Source: Eledone cirrhosa (lineage: Eukaryota). From it: a DNA stretch of 64,000 nt. The first letter of the stretch is position 1, and every line of letters begins with the position of its first letter. The position numbers and the translations under genes are program-made. This document shows, piece by piece, positions 54,601-61,900 of this stretch. A model generated the notes under the pieces. That model made no database searches and was not told the origin of the DNA. It saw only the letters and a list, made by a program, of their open reading frames with translations. The stretch lies in NCBI GenBank assembly GCA_964016885.1, contig OZ024740.1, positions 14,632,001-14,696,000 on the forward strand. The letters run 5' to 3'.

Positions 54601-57600
54601 GTTACTGTTGTTGTTACTGTTGTGGTTTCTGTTGTTGTTACTGTTGTTGTTACTGTTGTTGTTACTGTTGTTGTTACTGTTGTTGTTACTGTTGTTGTTA
54701 CTGTTGTTGTTACTGCTGTTGTTACTGTTGTTGTTACTGCTGTTGTTACTGTTGTGGTTTCTGTTGTTGTTACTTTTGTTGTTACTGTTGTTGTTACTGT
54801 TGTTGTTACTGCTGTTGTTACTGTTGTTGTTACTGCTGTTGTTACTGCTGTTGTTACTGTTGTTGTTACTGTTGTTGTTACTGTTGTTGTTACTGTTGTT
54901 GTTACTGCTGTTGTTACTGTTGTTACTGTTGTTGTTACTGTTGTTGTTACTGTTGTGGTTACTGTTGTTGTTACTGTTGTTGTTATTGCTGTTGTTACTG
55001 TGGTTACTGTTGTTGTTACTCTTGTTGTTACTGCCGTTGTTACTGTTGTTGTTACTGTTGTTGTTACTGTTGTGGTTTCTGTTGTTGTTACTGTTGTTGT
55101 TACTGTTGTTGTTACTGTTGTTGTTACTGTTGTTGTTACTGTTGTTGTTACTGTTGTGGTTTCTGTTGTTGTTACTGTTGTTGTTACTGTTGTTGTTACT
55201 GTTGTTGTTACTGTTGTTGTTACTGTTGTTGTTACTGTTGTTGTTACTGCTGTTGTTACTGTTGTTGTTACTGCTATTGTTACTGTTGTGGTTTCTGTTG
55301 TTGTTACTGTTGTTGTTACTGTTGTTGTTACTGTTGTTGTTACTGCTGTTGTTACTGTTGTTGTTACTGCTGTTGTTACTGCTGTTGTTACTGTTGTTGT
55401 TACTGTTGTTGTTACTGTTGTTGTTACTGTTGTTGTTACTGTTGTTGTTACTGCTGTTGTTACTGTTGTTACTGTTGTTGTTACTGTTGTTGTTACTGTT
55501 GTTGTTACTGCTGTTACTGTTGTTGTTACTGTTGTTGTTACTGCTGTTGTTACTGTTGTTGTTACTGCTGTTATTGTTGTTGTTACTGTTGTTGTTACTG
55601 CTGTTGTTACTGTTGTTGTTACTGTTGTTGTTACTGTTGTGGTTTCTGTTGTTGTTACTGTTGTTGTTACTGTTGTTGTTACTGTTGTTGTTACTGTTGT
55701 TGTTACTGTTGTTGTTACTGTTGTTGTTACTGCTGTTGTTACTGTTGTTGTTACTGCTGTTGTTACTGTTGTGGTTTCTGTTGTTGTTACTGTTGTTGTT
55801 ACTGTTGTTGTTACTGTTGTTGTTACTGCTGTTGTTACTGTTGTTGTTACTGCTGTTGTTACTGCTGTTGTTACTGTTGTTGTTACTGTTGTTGTTACTG
55901 TTGTTGTTACTGTTGTTGTTACTGTAGTTGTTACTGCTGTTGTTACTGTTGTTGTTACTGTTGTTGTTACTGCTGTTGTTACTGTTGTTGTTACTGCTGT
56001 TGTTACTGCTGTTGTTACTGTTGTTGTTACTGTTGTTGTTACTGCTGTTGTTACTGTTGTTGTTACTGTTGTTGTTACTGCTGTTGTTACTGTTGTTGTT
56101 ACTGTTGTTGTTACTGTTGTGGTTTCTGTTGTTGTTACTTTTGTTGTTACTGTTGTTGTTACTGTTGTTGTTACTGTTGTTGTTACTGTTGTTGTTACTG
56201 CTGTTGTTACTGTTGTTGTTACTGCTGTTGTTACTGTTGTGGTTTCTGTTGTTGTTACTGTTGTTGTTACTGTTGTTGTTACTGTTGTTGTTACTGCTGT
56301 TGTTACTGTTGTTGTTACTGCTGTTGTTACTGCTGTTGTTACTGTTGTTGTTACTGTTGTTGGTACTGTTGTTGTTACTGTTGTTGTTACTGTTGTTGTT
56401 ACTGCTGTTGTTACTGTTGTTACTGTTGTTGTTACTGTTGTTGTTACTGTTGTTGTTACTGCTGTTACTGTTGTTGTTACTGTTGTTGTTACTGCTGTTG
56501 TTACTGTTGTTGTTACTGTTGTTGTTACTGTTGTGGTTTCTGTTGTTGTTACTGTTGTTGTTACTGTTGTTGTTACTGTTGTTGTTACTGTTGTTGTTAC
56601 TGTTGTTGTTACTGTTGTTACTGTTGTTGTTACTGTTGTTGTTACTGTTGTTGTTACTGCTGTTATTGTTGTTGTTACTGTTGTTGTTACTGCTGTTGTT
56701 ACTGTTGTTGTTACTGTTGTTGTTACTGTTGTGGTTTCTGTTGTTGTTACTGTTGTTGTTACTGTTGTTGTTACTGTTGTTGTTACTGTTGTTGTTACTG
56801 TTGTTGTTACTGCTGTTGTTACTGTTGTTGTTACTGCTGTTGTTACTGTTGTGGTTTCTGTTGTTGTTACTGTTGTTGTTACTGTTGTTGTTACTGTTGT
56901 TGTTACTGCTGTTGTTACTGTTGTTGTTACTGCTGTTGTTACTGCTGTTGTTACTGTTGTTGTTACTGTTGTTGTTACTGTTGTTGTTACTGTTGTTGTT
57001 ACTGTTGTTGTTACTGCTGTTGTTACTGTTGTTGTTACTGTTGTTGTTACTGCTGTTGTTACTGTTGTTGTTACTGCTGTTGTTACTGCTGTTGTTACTG
57101 TTGTTGTTACTGTTGTTGTTACTGCTGTTGTTACTGTTGTTGTTACTGTTGTTGTTACTGCTGTTGTTACTGTTGTTGTTACTGTTGTTGTTACTGTTGT
57201 GGTTTCTGTTGTTGTTACTTTTGTTGTTACTGTTGTTGTTACTGTTGTTGTTACTGTTGTTGTTACTGTTGTTGTTACTGCTGTTGTTACTGCTGTTGTT
57301 ACTGTTGTTGTTACTGTTGTTGTTACTGCTGGTGTTACTGCTGTTGTTACTGTTGTTGTTACTGTTGTTGTTACTGTTGTTGTTACTGCTGTTGTTACTG
57401 TTGTTGTTACTGTTGTTGTTACTGTTGTTGTTACTGCTGTTGTTACTGCTGTTGTTAATGTTGTTGTTACGGTTGTTGTCACTGTTGTTGTTACTGCTGT
57501 TGTTACTGTTGTTGTTACTGTTGTTGTTACTGCTGTTGTTACTGTTGTTGTTACTGTTGTTGTTACTGTTGTTGTTACTGCTGTTGTTACTGTTGTTGTT

Positions 57601-58950
57601 ACTGTTGTTGTTACTGCTGTTGTTACTGTTGTTGTTACTGTTGTTGTTACTGCTGTTGTTACTGTTGTTGTTACTGTTGTTGTTACTGCTGTTGTTACTG
57701 TTGTTGTTACTTTTGTTGTTACTGTTGATGTTACTGTTGTTGTTACTGTTGTTACTGTTGTTGTTACTGTTGTTGTTACTGTTGTGGTTACTGTTGTTGT
57801 TACTGTTGTTACTGTTGTTGTTACTGTTGTTGTTATTGCTGTTGTTACTGTGGTTACTGTTGTTGTTACTCTGGTTGTTACTGTTGTTGTCACTGTTGTT
57901 GTTACTGCTGTTGTTACTGTTGTTTTTACTGTTGTTGTTACTGTTGTTGTTACTGTTGTTGTTACTGCTGTTGTTACTGTTGTTGTTACTGTTGTTGTTA
58001 CTGTTGTTGTTACTGTTGTTGTTACTGTTGTTGTTACTGTTGTTACTGTTGTTGTTACTGCTGTTGTTACTGTTGTTGTTACTGTTGTTGTTACTGTTGT
58101 TGTTACTGCTGTTACTGCTGTTGTTACTGCTGTTGTTACAGTTGTTGTTACTGTTATTGTTACTGCTGTTGTTACTGTTGTTGTTACTGCTGTTGTTACT
58201 GTTGTTGTTACTGTTGTTGTTACTGTTGTTGTTACTGTTGTTACTGTTGTTGTTACTGTTGTTGTTACTGTTGTTGTTACTGCTGTTACTGTTGTTGTTA
58301 CTGTTGCTGTTACTACTGTTGTTACTGTTATTGTAACTGCTGTTGTTACTTTTGTTGTTGCTGTTACTGTTGTTGTTGTTGTTGTTGTTGTTACTATTGT
58401 TGTTGTTACTGTTGTTGTTGTTGTTACTGTTGTTGTTACTGTTGTTGTTGTTACTGTTGTTGTTACTGCTGTTGTTACTGTTGTTGTTAGTGTTGTTATT
58501 ACTGCTGTTGTTACCGTTGTTACTGTTGTTGTTACTGTTGTTGTTACTGTTGTTGTTACTGCTGTTGTTACTGTTGTTACTGTTGTTGTTACTGTTGTTG
58601 TTACTGTTGTTGTTACTGCTGTTACTGTTGTTGTTACTGTTGTTGTTACTGCTGTTGTTACTGTTGTTGTTACTGCTGTTATTGTTGTTGTTACTGTTGT
58701 TGTTACTGCTGTTGTTACTGTTGTTGTTACTGTTGTTGTTACTGTTGTGGTTTCTGTTGTTGTTACTGTTGTTGTTACTGTTGTTGTTACTGTTGTTGTT
58801 ACTGTTGTTGTTACTGTTGTTGTTACTGCTGTTGTTACTGTTGTTGTTACTGCTGTTGTTACTGTTGTGGTTTCTGTTGTTGTTACTGTTGTTGTTACTG
58901 TTGTTGTTACTGTTGTTGTTACTGCTGTTGTTACTGTTGTTGTTACTGCT
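48700..58950. repeat. Domain of ~2.0-2.5-kb reshuffled modules
   Basis: The landmark ATTGTAACT cassette occurs at about 49669, 51697, 54208 and 58330. AAT...ACGGTTGTTGTCACT occurs at 48820, 50824 and 57457. ACTGTGGTTACT...CTT occurs at about 49210, 51214, 52519, 53725, 54997 and 57847. Confidence 0.8.
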
Positions 58951-61900
58951 GTTGTTACTGCTGTTGTTACTGTTGTTGTTACTGTTGTTGTTACTGTTGT
59001 TGTTACTGTTGTTGTTACTGTTGTTGTTACTGCTGTTGTTACTGTTGTTGTTACTGTTGTTGTTACTGTTGTTGTTACTGTTGTTGTTACTGTTGTTGTT
59101 ACTGTTGTTGTTACTGCTGTTGTTACTGTTGTTGTTACTGTTGTTGTTACTGTTGTTGTTACTGTTGTTGTTACTGTTGTTGTTACTGTTGTTGTTACTG
59201 TTGTTGTTACTGCTGTTGTTACTGTTGTTGTTACTGTTGTTGTTACTGTTGTTGTTACTGTTGTTGTTGCTGTTGTTGTTGCTGTTGTTGTTACTGTTGT
59301 TGTTACTGTTGTTGTTACTGTTGTTGTTACTGTTGTTGTTACTGCTGTTGTTACTGTTGTTGTTACTGTTGTTGTTACTGTTGTTGTTACTGTTGTTACT
59401 GTTGTTGTTACTGTTGTTGTTACTGTTGTTGTTACTGTTGTTGTTACTGCTGTTGTTACTGCTGTTGTTACTGTTGTTGTTACTGTTGTTGTTACTGCTG
59501 TTGTTACTGCTGTTGTTACTGTTGTTGTTACTGTTGTTGTTACTGTTGTTGTTACTGCTGTTGTTACTGCTGTTGTTACTGTTGTTGTTACTGTTGTTGT
59601 TACTGTTGTTGTTACTGTTGTTGTTACTGTTGTTGTTACTGTTGTTGTTACTGTTGTTGTTACTGCTGTTGTTACTGTTGTTGTTACTGCAGTTGTTACT
59701 GTTGTTGTTACTGTTGTTGTTACTGTTGTGGTTTCTGTTGTTGTTACTGTTGTTGTTACTGTTGTTGTTACTGTTGTTGTTACTGTTGTTGTTACTGTTG
59801 TTGTTACTGTTGTTGTTACTGTTGTTGTTACTGTTGTTACTGTTGTTGTTACTGTTGTTGTTACTGCTGTTGTTACTGTTGTTGTTACTGCTGTTGTTAC
59901 TGCTGTTGTTACTGTTGTTGTTACTGTTGTTGTTACTGTTGTGGTTTCTGTTGTTGTTACTGTTGTTCTTACTGTTGTTCTTACTGTTGTTCTTACTGTT
60001 GTTGTTACTGTTGTTCTTACTGTTGTTGTTACTGTTGTTGTTACTGCTGTTGTTACTGTTGTTGTTACTGTTGTTGTTACTGTTGTGGTTTCTGTTGTTG
60101 TTACTTTTGTTGTTACTGTTGTTGTTACTGTTGTTGTTACTGTTGTTGTTACTGTTGTTGTTACTGCTGTTGTTACTGCTGTTGTTACTGTTGTTGTTAC
60201 TGTTGTTGTTACTGCTGTTGTTACTGCTGTTGTTACTGTTGTTGTTACTGTTGTTGTTACTGTTGTTGTTACTGCTGTTGTTACTGTTGTTGTTACTGTT
60301 GTTGTTACTGCTGTTGTTACTGCTGTTGTTACTGTTGTTGTTACTGTTGTAGTTACTGCTGTTGTTACTGCTGTTGTTACTGTTGTTGTTACTGTTGTTG
60401 TTACTGTTGTTGTTACTGCTGTTGTTACTGTTGTTGTTACTGTTGTTGTTACTGCTGTTGTTACTGTTGTTGTTACTGTTGTTGTTACTGTTGTTGTTAC
60501 TGTTGTGGTTTCTGTTGTTGTTACTGTTGTTGTTACTGTTGTTGTTACTGCTGTTGTTACTGCTGTTGTTACTGTTGTGGATTATGTTGTTGTTACTGTT
60601 GTTGTTACTGTTGTTGTTACTGTTGTTGTTACTGTTGTCGTTACTGCTGTTGTTACTGTTGTTGTTACTGCTGTTGTTACTGCTGTTGTTACTGTTGTTG
60701 TTATTGTTGTTGTTACTGTTGTTGTTACTGTTGTTGTTACTGTTGTTGTTACTACTGTTGTTACTGTTGTTGTTACTGTTGTTGTTACTGTTGTTGTTAC
60801 TGTTGTTGTTACTGCTGTTGTTACTGTTGTTGTTACTGTTGTTGTTACTGTTGTTGTTACTGTTGTTGTTGCTGTTGTTGTTACTGTTGTTGTTACTGTT
60901 GTTGTTACTCTTGTTGTTACTGTTGTTGTTACTGCTGTTGTTACTGTTGTTGTTACTGTTGTTGTTACTGTTGTTGTTACTGTTGTTGCTGTTGTTGTTA
61001 CTGTTGTTGTTACTGTTGTTGTTACTCTTGTTGTTACTGTTGTTGTTACTGCTGTTGTTACTGTTGTTGTTACTGTTGTTGTTACTGTTGTTGTTACTGT
61101 TGTTACTGTTGTTGTTACTATTGTTGTTACTGCTGTTGTTACTGTTGTTGTTACTGCTGTTGTTACTGCTGTTGTTACTGTTGTTGTTACTGTTGTTGTT
61201 ACTGCTGTTGTTACTGCTGTTGTTACTGTTGTTGTTAGTGTTGTTGTTACTGTTGTTGTTACTGCTGTTGTTACTGTTGTTGTTACTGTTGTTGTTACTG
61301 TTGTTGTTACTGTTGTTGTTACTGTTGTTGTTACTGCTGTTGTTACTGTTGTTGTTACTTTTGTTGTTACTGCTGTTGTTACTGTTGTTGTTACTGTTGT
61401 TGTTACTGTTGTTGTTACTGTTGTTGTTACTGTTGTTACTGTTGTTGTTACTGTTGTTGTTACTGCTGTTGTTACTCTTGTTGTTACTGCTGTTGTTACT
61501 GCTGTTGTTACTGTTGTTGTTACTGTTGTTGTTACTGTTGTTGTTACTGCTGTTGTTACTGTTGTTGTTACTTTTGTTGTTACTGTTGTTGTTACTGTTG
61601 TTGTTACTGTTGTTGTTACTGTTGTTGTTACTGCTGTTGTTACTGCTGTTGTTACTGTTGTTGTTACTGTTGTTGTTACTGTTGTTGTTACTGTTGTTGT
61701 TACTGTTGTTGTTACTGCTGTTGTTACTGTTGTTGTTACTGTTGTTGTTACTGTTTTTGTTAGTGTTGTTACTGTTGTTGTTACTGTTGTTGTTACTGCT
61801 GTTGTTACTGTTGTTGTTACTGTTGTTGTTACTGTTGTTGTTACTGTTGTTGTTACTGTTGTTGTTAATGTTGTTGTTACTGTTGTTGTTACTGTTGTTC

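Noticed and set aside
6570-57893. Minus-strand TTTV ORFs as annotated mucin/adhesin CDS
   Set aside because: They start at sporadic GTG/ATG-type variants and end at frameshifts or at the TAA within GATTAT. There is no signal peptide, anchor or codon diversification. Kept only as a low-probability hypothesis in the findings.
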